This document shows positions 50,211-60,146 of a stretch of 64,000 nucleotides of DNA, one piece after another. Every line of letters starts with the position of its first letter. Positions within the stretch are counted from its first letter, which is position 1. The position numbers were made by a program, and so were the translations under genes. The notes beneath the pieces were generated by a model, which was not told where the DNA came from, searched no databases, and saw only the letters and a program-made list of their open reading frames with translations. This stretch comes from Promethearchaeota archaeon (GTDB taxonomy: Archaea; Asgardarchaeota; Thorarchaeia; Thorarchaeales; Thorarchaeaceae): the NCBI GenBank assembly GCA_048939765.1, contig JBHLPF010000010.1:1-64000 (forward strand), in the 5' to 3' direction.

Positions 50211-51188
50211 CTATGGAGTCAGCCATGTTCCTATGCCCTGCTCTACTGCCCGATGGTATATCAGCGGTGCCACAGCCATGTCATCCAATGCTAGCCCAAG
50301 ATTCGCAGTCATGTTCTTCTCTTCACGGGTTTGCCGTCCTGACTTCACCCCGGTCACGAGCTCACCAAGATCTGCATGGACTGGCGGGATGTTCTGGAAG
50401 TAGCCAATCTCCTGGTAGTGTCTAAGCTGGGCAGTGTCGTCAGTGCAGAATTTACTGCTCTCGCGAAGCGCATCTGGATGCCAATAGGAGTCAAAGTCCA
50501 CAAGCGAAGCGAATGCACCCTCCTCCATCCATCCTGCCTTGATGGTCGCATGGGGCTTTTTCAGAATTGGCCCTGCTGTTACAACCATGTCGCATCCAGT
50601 GACAGCCTGCTTGGGACTGTCGACCACTTCAACGTCAAGGCCAAACCTATCACCAATCTCCATTGCATAGAGTCTAGCTGAGTCCTTGCTTATGTCGTAG
50701 GCCATCACCTTCTCCAGAGGAAACTCCACCGCGAGAGCCTCGACATTGCTTCGCCCTTGAACACCACATCCCAATACTCCAACTGACGACGAGTCATTTC
50801 TAGCAAGGTATTTTGCAGAAACTGCTGTTGCAGCTCCTGTTCTCATCGCTGTTATCCAAATGCAGTCCATAACAGATATCGGCAAACCAGTGTCTGGATC
50901 ATTGAGAATCAATAGTCCTGTGATATATGGAAGTCCTCTCTTCTCATTCTCAGGGAAGCCACTCACCCATTTCATTCCCGCGGATCCTAGGGCAGGTATG
51001 TATGCAGGCATTGCGTGGATGAAATTGTCCCCGTTTCCGGGATGTATTCCAGGCTTCGGCGGCATTTCCACGAGCCCTTTCCCCTTCTCTCGAAATGCAA
51101 CTTCCAACTCATCCACAATTTCACTCATTGTGAGTCCAGTAGTGATTACATCCGCCTGCGAAAGATAGAGCAAACGATTCTCTGACAA
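50211..51188 (-). CDS. Ornithine cyclodeaminase/mu-crystallin family protein
   Basis: HAMPA, GMKWV, ITAMRTGAA, GCGVQG and GLALDD motifs. Confidence 0.93.
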   Translation of the reverse strand: MSENRLLYLSQADVITTGLTMSEIVDELEVAFREKGKGLVEMPPKPGIHPGNGDNFIHAMPAYIPALGSAGMKWVSGFPENEKRGLPYITGLLILNDPDTGLPISVMDCIWITAMRTGAATAVSAKYLARNDSSSVGVLGCGVQGRSNVEALAVEFPLEKVMAYDISKDSARLYAMEIGDRFGLDVEVVDSPKQAVTGCDMVVTAGPILKKPHATIKAGWMEEGAFASLVDFDSYWHPDALRESSKFCTDDTAQLRHYQEIGYFQNIPPVHADLGELVTGVKSGRQTREEKNMTANLGLALDDMAVAPLIYHRAVEQGIGTWLTP

Positions 51189-51204
51189 ATTTCTTCACAT
51201 CCCA

Positions 51205-52011
51205 TCAAATCTGTGGATCTCTCTCATCATTTGGATTGAAACCATGGCGTTGGAGAATGGTGAAAAGAGCATCATCGGACCATCTGCCTTGGCACATCTT
51301 TCTTGAAATGTGCTCGCACCAAGAATACCGATCAAAGCCTATGTCATCTTTCCCCTCCTTTAGTCTGACCTTCGTTTTTTCCTTGACATAATACCTCTGG
51401 GCCAACATCCCTTCATCCATCACTTTCATGCACTCGTCAATGTCGTTGTCGGAGTGATCCAAATATGAGTCCTCAAATGCACTATATTGAATCGGGAATC
51501 GAGGGCGAATCTCCGTCTTCTCTGCAGGATCCGGATAACCCAAATTCATGCCCACAACAGGAAACACACGGTTCGGAATATTGAAAGTTTCACATATGAT
51601 ATCGGCACGGAGAGGCGCGTTCCCAAGAAGAACAGACCCAAGTCCTAATGCTTCGGCGGCAAGCGTAAGGTTCTCTATCGCCAAAGCGACATCCTGGATA
51701 CCAATCCATAGTGTCATCAGGTCATCATATTCATAGATGTGACCGCGCTTAGCCATGATCTTCTCGAGGCGCCTTACATCGATCAAGAAGACCAGGAGCA
51801 ACGGAGCTGTGGGATATGACCCCATCCCCACCTTCTTCATCTTAGCCTTGTTTCGAGTATAGACTACTGAACAGAGCTGAGATGCAAATGGAGCTCTCAT
51901 TCCTGCCTCTAGCACTTTGGTAAGAACATCATCCGTTACTGGCGTCTCAAGAAACCATCGCATTGATCTTCTGTTGTTGATGATTTCATAGATTTTCCCT
52001 GCTGCACTCAT
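51205..52011 (-). CDS. Nitroreductase/flavin reductase (NfsA-like)
   Basis: RRSMR, AEALGLGSV, LGYP and RPRFP motifs. Confidence 0.9.
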   Translation of the reverse strand: MSAAGKIYEIINNRRSMRWFLETPVTDDVLTKVLEAGMRAPFASQLCSVVYTRNKAKMKKVGMGSYPTAPLLLVFLIDVRRLEKIMAKRGHIYEYDDLMTLWIGIQDVALAIENLTLAAEALGLGSVLLGNAPLRADIICETFNIPNRVFPVVGMNLGYPDPAEKTEIRPRFPIQYSAFEDSYLDHSDNDIDECMKVMDEGMLAQRYYVKEKTKVRLKEGKDDIGFDRYSWCEHISRKMCQGRWSDDALFTILQRHGFNPNDERDPQI

Positions 52012-52084
52012 AATGCTGATTTGGCGTCTCTCTGACCTATGAGCCTTTAGGTGCCTTGATTATCGAAAAGCTTTCACTTATTGA

Positions 52085-52654
52085 CTAGTTGATGAATTCC
52101 AAGGCATCCCATTCCCGAATGCTCTCAAACATCGAGATGGAGAGGGCCCTAATCTTCTCATATAGTGCCTTTGCAGTGGCAGTTTGCAGCAAGGAACTCA
52201 TTTGCTTCTGAAGTTCCTCAGCCTCACGAAATGCAACCCTGAAATCTATGTTCTTCTTTCGTGTCCGATAGACGACCTCTCTGACCAATCCGTATGGTCC
52301 AAGTGTCTGGAGCTTGTCTGCATCAAAGACAACTTTTGCCTCCATGGTTCGTGCAGTATGAATCATTGTCGGCTCAATACACCTTACACAGTGAACTATT
52401 CTATCAATCATAGCAGAAGAAACATCGATGCTGATGAGGAACTCGTTGACTTGGCCAGCTCCCTCAGGATGAAACTGGTGTAGAAGTGCACCCAATCTGG
52501 CAATGAGTTCATCTGCCCCCTCTTCCCTAGCCAAATGGATAGCAAGGCTTGCAGTCTTCTCACAGTGGCCGGATCCATGAGTGTCATCGAGTGAGCGATA
52601 CTTCTCTAGAGCAAACTCCTCTATCAGTGCTATCTGTCGGTCTGTCAACTGCAC
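52085..52654 (-). CDS. HD-domain protein (HQ variant)
   Basis: HGSGH...LLHQ...EAKVVFDADKL. Confidence 0.8.
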   Translation of the reverse strand: MQLTDRQIALIEEFALEKYRSLDDTHGSGHCEKTASLAIHLAREEGADELIARLGALLHQFHPEGAGQVNEFLISIDVSSAMIDRIVHCVRCIEPTMIHTARTMEAKVVFDADKLQTLGPYGLVREVVYRTRKKNIDFRVAFREAEELQKQMSSLLQTATAKALYEKIRALSISMFESIREWDALEFIN

Positions 52655-52740
52655 CGTTCAGCGCCCCTATCATCTGGCGAATGATAACACAGGACTATCT
52701 CAAGCTTGCTCTGATATAACCTCGTAATACAGGAGGGCTG

Positions 52741-53349
52741 TTACGCTACTGGCTGACGAATCACTGTCTTGAGCTTCTCAGGAGCAGTCCTCCGAGGATC
52801 ACTGAGGTAGATTTCGTGATGCTTCCCCCTCAGTCTGAATCCTTGCTCTTCAGCATAGGAATGAAGGTTTTCTATGGTAGGCTGTTCTTCTGACCAGGGG
52901 CCAATATGCATGATTTGAACCGAATAGCCCTCCCTGAATGACTCGAATCTAATCCTTTGAAGGGCCGGCGGGTCCTTCTTCTCTTTTACTTCTGCCATAG
53001 CTTCTATGACATCATTCCTTGTGACGGGTTGGGGTTGCATTATCATTGAGGTCCAGCGCCAGTTTACCTTCACATCGAAATCAAATCCTTCCGACCCCTC
53101 AATCCACCACAGGCCTTCCAGAGGCATTACAGTGAAGTCAGCAACCTTTGCCTTCTTCAATTTGAACTTCAGCGTGAAAGAAGTGGCATATAGAGGTTCA
53201 AGAGCATCTTGGTACTCCTGTGCTGTATTCGGGTCTCCCTTCCCGTCAATCATTAAGAAGTTCATCTCAGGCACATCAACCTCTGATGGCTTCCTCGATG
53301 AAGGCTTGTAGAACTCTTTCAGAACCTTCTTGTGGTCTACTTTCTTCAA
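52741..53349 (-). CDS. GyrI-like small-molecule-binding protein
   Basis: GKGDPN, PLEGLWW, QIMHIGP and HHEIYLSDPRR motifs. Confidence 0.9.
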   Translation of the reverse strand: MKKVDHKKVLKEFYKPSSRKPSEVDVPEMNFLMIDGKGDPNTAQEYQDALEPLYATSFTLKFKLKKAKVADFTVMPLEGLWWIEGSEGFDFDVKVNWRWTSMIMQPQPVTRNDVIEAMAEVKEKKDPPALQRIRFESFREGYSVQIMHIGPWSEEQPTIENLHSYAEEQGFRLRGKHHEIYLSDPRRTAPEKLKTVIRQPVA

Positions 53350-53401
53350 TCTACTGAACCCCTGGTCATTTACTCTCGTGGGTTCCTTATGAATTCAAGC
53401 A

Positions 53402-54241
53402 CTATGTCTGGCACTTAGGACAGACATACACGTGGCCTCCACCATGGGCAAGCTTCTCGATTGGAGATCCGCACTTGGGACATGACTGCCCTTTCATGTT
53501 TGGCCCCATTAATGGAGTGTATTTCCCCCTCTTTCCATAGAGGTCGGTGAATTGGTCTTTGCCGCCAAGACGCGCTCGCTCTTTCATCGTTCTAACAATC
53601 GCATCATAGAGTGCCTTGACTTGACTACTGCTCAAGTCAGACGCCTTCTTCTTGGGATGTATACCGGCTTGATAGATAACATCCTGAAATGTGCTATTCT
53701 GAATTCCAACGAGTATGGCCTCCTTTCCCACCAATGCCATTTTGACGTTCTTTGAAAATAGATTCAGCTGCGACTCAAGCCATTTGGAAGAGAACCTCTT
53801 CTCGTCAGGGGACACCACATCAGAGAAATCCCTTCGATATACATAGTTGTCTTCAAGCTCTTTATTCGAAGCAGCGTCAATATTGCCCCATCCCTTGAGC
53901 CTCAAAGTGAGTATTGTCCTGTCGGAAAAGATTAGTGTCAGATGGGTCTTCTCGGGCAATCCAGTTTCATCCTCATGAAATCCAAATGCACCGCCGTATT
54001 CCGGTGCCAGAAACATGTTCATCTCACCGTCGAGCAGAATCCTTATGCCGTTGCCTCGCGAAACCACTGACTGAACTATTCGCCCCTTCAGTTTGTCGAA
54101 GTTCTTCAAACTCCTACTAACCATTTTGGACTTCTGTAGCTTCTCTAGCTCATCCAATTTCCAGGAATCAATCTTCTTTCCGACAAGTTCTTTGTTCATC
54201 TGCTTCGCGAGGATAGAGGCCTCAGGCAGCTCAATACTCAA
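53402..54241 (-). CDS. Fpg/Nei DNA glycosylase-family protein, atypical
   Basis: ELPE near the N-terminus, H2TH-like LVGIQN...AGIHP, C-terminal CPKC...CPKC zinc finger. Confidence 0.85.
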   Translation of the reverse strand: MSIELPEASILAKQMNKELVGKKIDSWKLDELEKLQKSKMVSRSLKNFDKLKGRIVQSVVSRGNGIRILLDGEMNMFLAPEYGGAFGFHEDETGLPEKTHLTLIFSDRTILTLRLKGWGNIDAASNKELEDNYVYRRDFSDVVSPDEKRFSSKWLESQLNLFSKNVKMALVGKEAILVGIQNSTFQDVIYQAGIHPKKKASDLSSSQVKALYDAIVRTMKERARLGGKDQFTDLYGKRGKYTPLMGPNMKGQSCPKCGSPIEKLAHGGGHVYVCPKCQT

Positions 54242-54257
54242 TTGGAAATCCCTCCAG

Positions 54258-55301
54258 TCAAACGCTCAAGAAGCGCATGTCCCCTTTGGAGAAGCGAGAG
54301 TATGCTTTTTTCTCATATTCGCGAGCCAACTCATTCACATAGGCCTTGAAGGCTTTGATGGTGGACTTTCCGCCCATTCTGTCTGTGAATGAAACCACCA
54401 ATTCCCAGGCAGGTTTATGAGTCTTGGGAACATGCGTCCTTAGGAATCCCATATCGGTTGTCCACTTATCATGCAACTGAATTAGCTCAGCTTCTATTCC
54501 AAGATCATCTAGCATCTTGAAATATATATTCGCCCGAAACTGAGTAGTAAGTGGGTCCCTTCCTTTCTTGTGCTCTGCATAGGTGACTCCGTCTATCGCG
54601 AGATTCGTGCCACCATTTCGCAGCTCGCCGTTCAGGATAATTGTCCAAATCAATCTGTATAGGACATCGCGACGAGCTTTGACTATTCCGGCGCCAGCAA
54701 TCGTATCTGGATGCTTCAATCCGAATCTCGTGGTTGCCAACGTTGATAGGAAGATATGGACTGCTTCTAGGTCAGAAGACTTTATTCCTTGAATCTTTGC
54801 GGTCTCAGGATAGTCGACAACTTTCTTGATGGGTATCTCTACTGTTTTCGCTTCAACGATATCAGCATCGCTAAGACCGGCCCTAATAACATCAAGATGG
54901 GATTTCCCTTGAAATGGCTCAATGAATTGCTCATAAGCCTTATCGGGGACCGGCTCACCCAGGCGCTCTGAAGTGCTTTCTCTTGTGATCTCGCCTATAT
55001 GAGCCTCAATCCAATCGCAAGGGTATCTTGAGCAATAAGCACAGTTCTGGATTCCATTGTGAGTCGCGCACTCTCTCGCTAAGCAACCACGCACGAAGTT
55101 GTGTACACCCACATCTTTAGCAAGCTTCTCATCTGGAGTTTGACATGATTGGCATGGCTTGGCTGTTGGTGTGAAACCTACATACTTCTTCGCATCAATG
55201 CGGTAGGATTCCCAGCCCTCCTCAGAGATTCTTGAACGCACATAACAGCCCCACGGACAAGTGCCACAATAGTTTCCGCACTTACTGACTACTTGCTCCA
55301 T
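54258..55301 (-). CDS. DUF3795-like Cys-rich domain fused to an unknown C-terminal domain
   Basis: CGNYCGTC...CQSC...CLAREC...CAYC...PC. ATG 55301 follows GGAGAGG. Confidence 0.78.
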   Translation of the reverse strand: MEQVVSKCGNYCGTCPWGCYVRSRISEEGWESYRIDAKKYVGFTPTAKPCQSCQTPDEKLAKDVGVHNFVRGCLARECATHNGIQNCAYCSRYPCDWIEAHIGEITRESTSERLGEPVPDKAYEQFIEPFQGKSHLDVIRAGLSDADIVEAKTVEIPIKKVVDYPETAKIQGIKSSDLEAVHIFLSTLATTRFGLKHPDTIAGAGIVKARRDVLYRLIWTIILNGELRNGGTNLAIDGVTYAEHKKGRDPLTTQFRANIYFKMLDDLGIEAELIQLHDKWTTDMGFLRTHVPKTHKPAWELVVSFTDRMGGKSTIKAFKAYVNELAREYEKKAYSRFSKGDMRFLSV

Positions 55302-55442
55302 TATCTTTCCCTCTCCATTTTGTAGAACTGCAGTGATATAAACTTCCAGCCTGAGATAGCGATGCAATCCCTCTATTCCGTCCAAAGGGCGAAAAACCGA
55401 TATCATAGTCTTGTCCCCAAAAAAGCAAAGGAAGCCATTAGA

Positions 55443-56297
55443 ATGAGCGAATCTGATGACGGAACCGCAACCATTCAATCTACAATGGTAGGACCATTAT
55501 GGGCACGTGCAAAATACTCCCAGCTATATCCTGATTTGCTAAGGGATGATCAAGCCATCGATCTCATTGAGCAGGTGAAGAGTGATTTCAGCGATTCACT
55601 AGAGGATTTTGACATTTTGGAGGAGTTCATTGATGAGATGCTAGGACTTGCGTTTGTCATCAGAGCCAGAACCTTCGACGACACAATTACTGCATTTCTT
55701 CAAAGCAAACCACATGCCACAATTGTGAATCTTGGCTGTGGCTTGGACACAACTTTTTCTAGAGTTGACAATGGAACCTTGCATTGGTTCGATCTTGATC
55801 TCCCAGATGCAATAGATTATCGCCGTCAACTAATCCCTGAAACTTCAAGAAGTAGATGCATAGCAAAGTCAATCTTTGATTTCAGCTGGATGGAAGACAT
55901 AGGCTTCGACAATACTGATGGTCTGCTTATGATCGCTGGAGGACTCTTTGCCTATTTTGATGATGATGATGTTTCACGATTCTTCAGAGCAATAGCGCAA
56001 AGATTTCCTGGAGGAGAGATAATCTTTGATAGTAGTTCATCTCGGGGGAATTGGATCATTAATAGGCGCTTCAAAAAGTATGGCATTTCGGGGATAGAGC
56101 ACAAATTCGATGCAAAAAGTCCAGGCCAAATAGAGAGCTGGTCTGAGCAACTTGAAGTAATTGATTGGTTCCCCTATTTCTCCCGCGTTAGAACAAATCC
56201 GAAATGGAAACGTCGAACTCGCCTCATCACGACTCTGAATTCGAAGCTCAAACTGGCGAAATTCATCCATGTGAGAATCAAGGAAGCTCAACCATAA
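55443..56297 (+). CDS. Class I SAM-dependent O-methyltransferase (LCM/TcmP-like)
   Basis: PLWARA, VNLGCGLDT and WFDLDLP motifs. Confidence 0.88.
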   Translation: MSESDDGTATIQSTMVGPLWARAKYSQLYPDLLRDDQAIDLIEQVKSDFSDSLEDFDILEEFIDEMLGLAFVIRARTFDDTITAFLQSKPHATIVNLGCGLDTTFSRVDNGTLHWFDLDLPDAIDYRRQLIPETSRSRCIAKSIFDFSWMEDIGFDNTDGLLMIAGGLFAYFDDDDVSRFFRAIAQRFPGGEIIFDSSSSRGNWIINRRFKKYGISGIEHKFDAKSPGQIESWSEQLEVIDWFPYFSRVRTNPKWKRRTRLITTLNSKLKLAKFIHVRIKEAQP

Positions 56298-56337
56298 GAT
56301 AGAATTGTAGGCTACAATGCTGATATGGCTGAGCATC

Positions 56338-57105
56338 TTGAAAATAATCTCCTGGAACGTTAATGGAATTCGGGCCGGTTTCGAGAAAGGCCTTCTTGAA
56401 TTCATTCAAGACGAAAATGCTGATGTCTACTGTTTTCAAGAAACTAAGTCGTCATCTGGAATGGACGACATCGCGCCTTTGGCACTTAGCGAATATGAAC
56501 AGCATTGGCATCACGCAGCGAAAAAGGGATACAGTGGCACTATGATCCTTACAAAGGAACCACCAATCTCTGTTTTCAGAGGCATAGACAAGAAAGGATT
56601 TGACACTGAGGGTCGTGCCCTTACGCTGGAATATGACAAGTTCTATCTTGTGAACGTGTATTTCCCAAATGCAGGTCGCATGCTTGAAAGACTGGACTTC
56701 AAATTGGATTTCAATGCCAGATTGCTTAGATATACCCAAGGACTCCGGAAAGATAAAGGCGTCATCATAACTGGCGACTTCAATGTTTCACATAGGGAGA
56801 TAGACATTGCAAGACCCAAGAGCAATCGTGGTCATGCAGGATTCACTGATGAAGAAAGAGCCTGGTTTGATCGGATGCTTTCCAAAGGATATGTTGACAC
56901 ATTCAGGGAGTATACTCAGGAAGGAGGCCACTATACATGGTGGTCATACCTTCACAATGCCAGAGCCAACAACGTTGGATGGCGATTGGATTATTTCGTG
57001 ATAAACGAGGAATTCAAAACGCAATTAGTGGGAAGCGACATCCTAGGCGAGGTCTTCGGTTCTGACCACTGCCCCATAAGACTTGAGCTCAGTTCTAAAG
57101 GATAA
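56338..57105 (+). CDS. xth: Exodeoxyribonuclease III / AP endonuclease
   Basis: KIISWNVNG, QETK, GYSG, GDFN, WRLDY and SDHCP motifs. TTG 56338 gives the canonical N-terminus. Confidence 0.96.
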   Translation: MKIISWNVNGIRAGFEKGLLEFIQDENADVYCFQETKSSSGMDDIAPLALSEYEQHWHHAAKKGYSGTMILTKEPPISVFRGIDKKGFDTEGRALTLEYDKFYLVNVYFPNAGRMLERLDFKLDFNARLLRYTQGLRKDKGVIITGDFNVSHREIDIARPKSNRGHAGFTDEERAWFDRMLSKGYVDTFREYTQEGGHYTWWSYLHNARANNVGWRLDYFVINEEFKTQLVGSDILGEVFGSDHCPIRLELSSKG

Positions 57106-57126
57106 CACCTTTGCAGATGCTAGGAG

Positions 57127-57582
57127 TCATGTCAATTTCAGTTTCCATAGTCGAATCGTTTCCCACCATGCAAAGAGCGCTCCAACTGAGCCGATAGCGA
57201 GGGCGATGTATTTGTCATAGAGTCCCGGTCTAGGATTCAGGAAACTTATCGCAAGATAAGCTAGGGTCGCCACTGTGAAGAAGATGGCCACAAACATGTA
57301 ACGTGGAAGAAACCTTCCCCGAAAACCAATGAAATTTCTGAGGACTCCCACTTTGACGATTCGGCTAACCTCGTAGGAATTGTCCGGGAGCTTCTCAACT
57401 AGCTCCAAAGAAACCAGCTTTGAAAGATGATGACTCGCTACAGAAGGACTAGACATGCCCAGCGCCCTCTGTACCTCTCTGACACCCACTGCCTCGTTTT
57501 GAGAAAGCATCAACCAGTAGACTCTAAGTGTGTTTCCTCTAAGTTCTGGGTCGAGAGAGGTTTCCTCACTTGTATCTGACAA
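57127..57582 (-). CDS. Winged-helix regulator with two C-terminal TM helices
   Basis: GVREVQRALGMSSPSVASHHLSKL HTH followed by 2 hydrophobic helices. Confidence 0.85.
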   Translation of the reverse strand: MSDTSEETSLDPELRGNTLRVYWLMLSQNEAVGVREVQRALGMSSPSVASHHLSKLVSLELVEKLPDNSYEVSRIVKVGVLRNFIGFRGRFLPRYMFVAIFFTVATLAYLAISFLNPRPGLYDKYIALAIGSVGALFAWWETIRLWKLKLT

Positions 57583-57725
57583 TTGTCACCACGCACATTG
57601 AGTCTTCACCTTCTTCAGATTAATCTCTTCTTCCTTGTCAGTGCCGCAGGTATAACTCTGTTCTAAAATATGGACGGGGTGTTCTATTCCATGGTACTAA
57701 GTACATCTGAGCCTATGAAAGTAGC

Positions 57726-59984
57726 ATGCTTCAAGTCATTGCAAGAGCTCTTGATCGAGATATTAGGAGGAAGATGCTAGCCGCAGGACTAGTGTCAGCG
57801 CTTATGGCTGTTAGTCTTGTGGGCACAATTGGCTATCTAGGTGGTGCTTTTGGTCCATTTGGATTGCTTTCTCATCCCAATGAACCAGTCTACACAATCA
57901 ACAACATTGTGACTAGCAACTTTGCAGACTTCCAACCACGTGAAGAGCCGTTCATACCAAATGCGCCATTATACACCGTTGATCCCGGTCTTTCCAATGT
58001 TGCTGGCTATGGATTGATTGAAAACCTTCCTGCAGATTTGCTTCTCCAGATAGAATACAATGGTTTTGCTGCGGCCACTCAAACGGAATACAAGCAAATC
58101 CATGAGATATTGGAATTGAACGAAAAGCAATCAATTCCAAGCTTTGTGTCCTCAGACGCTGTGTTGCACGCGTTCCACGTTCTCTATGACCTGTCTCTTA
58201 GGGAAGTTGAAGTCTATTCTTTCTGGGATCTTCTCGGTAATCTGACATCCTCAATGCTGGACTCATCCTTTAACCAATACTTAGCAGCTCCTGAAGGCAG
58301 ATGGAAGGATGCTGCTTTAAGAAACATGATGCTCTTCACAGTCGCTCTCAAGCTCATCGACAGCAACTACATGATTCCTCCAGCATTCCCATTTCAGGTT
58401 GACATTGAGGTTGCAAAGGTGCTCTCCCTGATTGAAGCGCACGATGCTATATCGGATGAATGGTTCCAAGAATACCGAGAAGACTTCACTCAATTCGTGC
58501 CACGGGGACATTACACTCGCAGTGAAACTCTTGAGCGTTACTTCAAAGCAATGATGTGGTATGGGAGAGTATCTCTGCGATTGCAGCCCAATCTTCCTGA
58601 ATTCCCAAACGAAAAAGGCAAGGATAATACTGCCCAGGCGATTCTCATCTCATTGGCCCTCATGGATGAGATATCCACCATGCCAGCCGGGATCACAGGT
58701 TATGACTTATGGGATGCAATCTATGAACCCACAGTCTTCTTTGTAGGTGCTGCTGATGACCTTTTACCAAGTGAGTACTTGGAGCTGGTCCAAACCATCT
58801 ACGGCTCTGAGATTACTATTCCTGACCTTGATGATGATGTTCTTTTAGAGAATTTCATTGATGCTGCTCTGGAGTTGCGAGAACCAGCAATCTTAGGTCA
58901 TCCTGTACCGGATACACTGACCTTAGCCCAGACTATGGGACTTCGGTTCATGGGGCAGAGGTACATTCCAGATAGCTACATCCTGGGGCAACTAGTCTAC
59001 AAGAATGTAGGAACCATGGCGAATCCAAGACTCATGCCTATGGGCCTCGATGTGATGGCTGCTCTGGGCTCTGATAGAGCTTGGGAACTCCTTGAGCCCG
59101 AGAAGATCTACGCGAACTATGAATCGCAGATGAACATGCTCTGGGACATGGTGGCCAATATCACCGAGGCTGAATGGACAAGCAACCTATACTATCTATG
59201 GTTGTACTCTCTTCTACCCCTTCTATCTGATCCGGGGGAAGGCTATCCTTTCTTTATGCAGACTGAAGCGTGGGTTGACAAGCAGCTGTCCACAGCACTG
59301 GGTTCATGGGCTGAACTTAGGCATGATACGATTCTCTATGCCAAGCAGTCTTATACTTGGGAATTGACCGGAATGCCACCTCCTGTTAAGGGATATGTAG
59401 AGCCAGTTCCCCAAGTATATGCACGTTTGGCCTCTTTGTGCGAGATGATGATTGATGGGCTTGATTCCAGGAGCCTGCTGTCCACTTCGATTGGCAGCAA
59501 GCTCAACGCCCTATACAGTCTTCTATTGAATCTTCAGACAATTTCTATAAAAGAGTTGGAGGGAACTCCTCTGACGGAGTCAGAATACTACCTCATCGAA
59601 GGCTGTGGAAAGACACTGGGATCAATTGTTGCAATGCCACAGGATGACTACCTTACATCAGATGCTGACGATGACATGGCTGTCATCGCTGATGTTCACA
59701 CCGACCCTAATACCTTTAGTGTGCTTGAAGAGGCTGTAGGAAGACCGATGGTCATCTATGTAGCTGTCGAAGTTGATGGACAAGTCATTCTCACCCGAGG
59801 AGGAATCTTCTCATACTACGAGTTCACTTGGCCAATGGATGACCGCCTCACAGACGAGGCATGGCAAGATATGCTCACCCAAGGTGAGGCGCCACCCCTT
59901 CCAACTTGGACTGCAAGCTTTGTGATCACCGCCGAAGTCACTTTGCCTGCATTAAATACACTCACCTCAAAGGAATCAGTTTAA
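57726..59984 (+). CDS. DUF3160 domain protein, N-terminally anchored/secreted
   Basis: PRGHYT, YFKAMMWYGR, FMGQR, SWAELRHDTILYAKQSY and ADVHTD motifs. Confidence 0.9.
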   Translation: MLQVIARALDRDIRRKMLAAGLVSALMAVSLVGTIGYLGGAFGPFGLLSHPNEPVYTINNIVTSNFADFQPREEPFIPNAPLYTVDPGLSNVAGYGLIENLPADLLLQIEYNGFAAATQTEYKQIHEILELNEKQSIPSFVSSDAVLHAFHVLYDLSLREVEVYSFWDLLGNLTSSMLDSSFNQYLAAPEGRWKDAALRNMMLFTVALKLIDSNYMIPPAFPFQVDIEVAKVLSLIEAHDAISDEWFQEYREDFTQFVPRGHYTRSETLERYFKAMMWYGRVSLRLQPNLPEFPNEKGKDNTAQAILISLALMDEISTMPAGITGYDLWDAIYEPTVFFVGAADDLLPSEYLELVQTIYGSEITIPDLDDDVLLENFIDAALELREPAILGHPVPDTLTLAQTMGLRFMGQRYIPDSYILGQLVYKNVGTMANPRLMPMGLDVMAALGSDRAWELLEPEKIYANYESQMNMLWDMVANITEAEWTSNLYYLWLYSLLPLLSDPGEGYPFFMQTEAWVDKQLSTALGSWAELRHDTILYAKQSYTWELTGMPPPVKGYVEPVPQVYARLASLCEMMIDGLDSRSLLSTSIGSKLNALYSLLLNLQTISIKELEGTPLTESEYYLIEGCGKTLGSIVAMPQDDYLTSDADDDMAVIADVHTDPNTFSVLEEAVGRPMVIYVAVEVDGQVILTRGGIFSYYEFTWPMDDRLTDEAWQDMLTQGEAPPLPTWTASFVITAEVTLPALNTLTSKESV

Positions 59985-59996
59985 TCACCGAGGAAG

Positions 59997-60038
59997 ATGG
60001 CGAGAGGACGCGGGAAATCGGGGGCGTTCTCTCGCCAT
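59997..60038. terminator. Strong hairpin between convergent genes
   Basis: ATGGCGAGAGGACGC-N12-GCGTTCTCTCGCCAT, a 15-bp stem with one G-U pair. Confidence 0.6.
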
Positions 60039-60146
60039 ATAAAATGCGACTTCATACAACACACAGCGGTCTTCGATACACCCCTCCGCTGGCACGTGGA
60101 TTGATGATGCCAGCTAGGATCAATGATGCAATATGACTCCCATATG

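Noticed and set aside
55443-56297. LCM-family methyltransferase as a eukaryotic PP2A methyltransferase homologue
   Set aside because: The motifs fit the widespread prokaryotic TcmP-like O-methyltransferases, and nothing indicates eukaryote-specific affinity.
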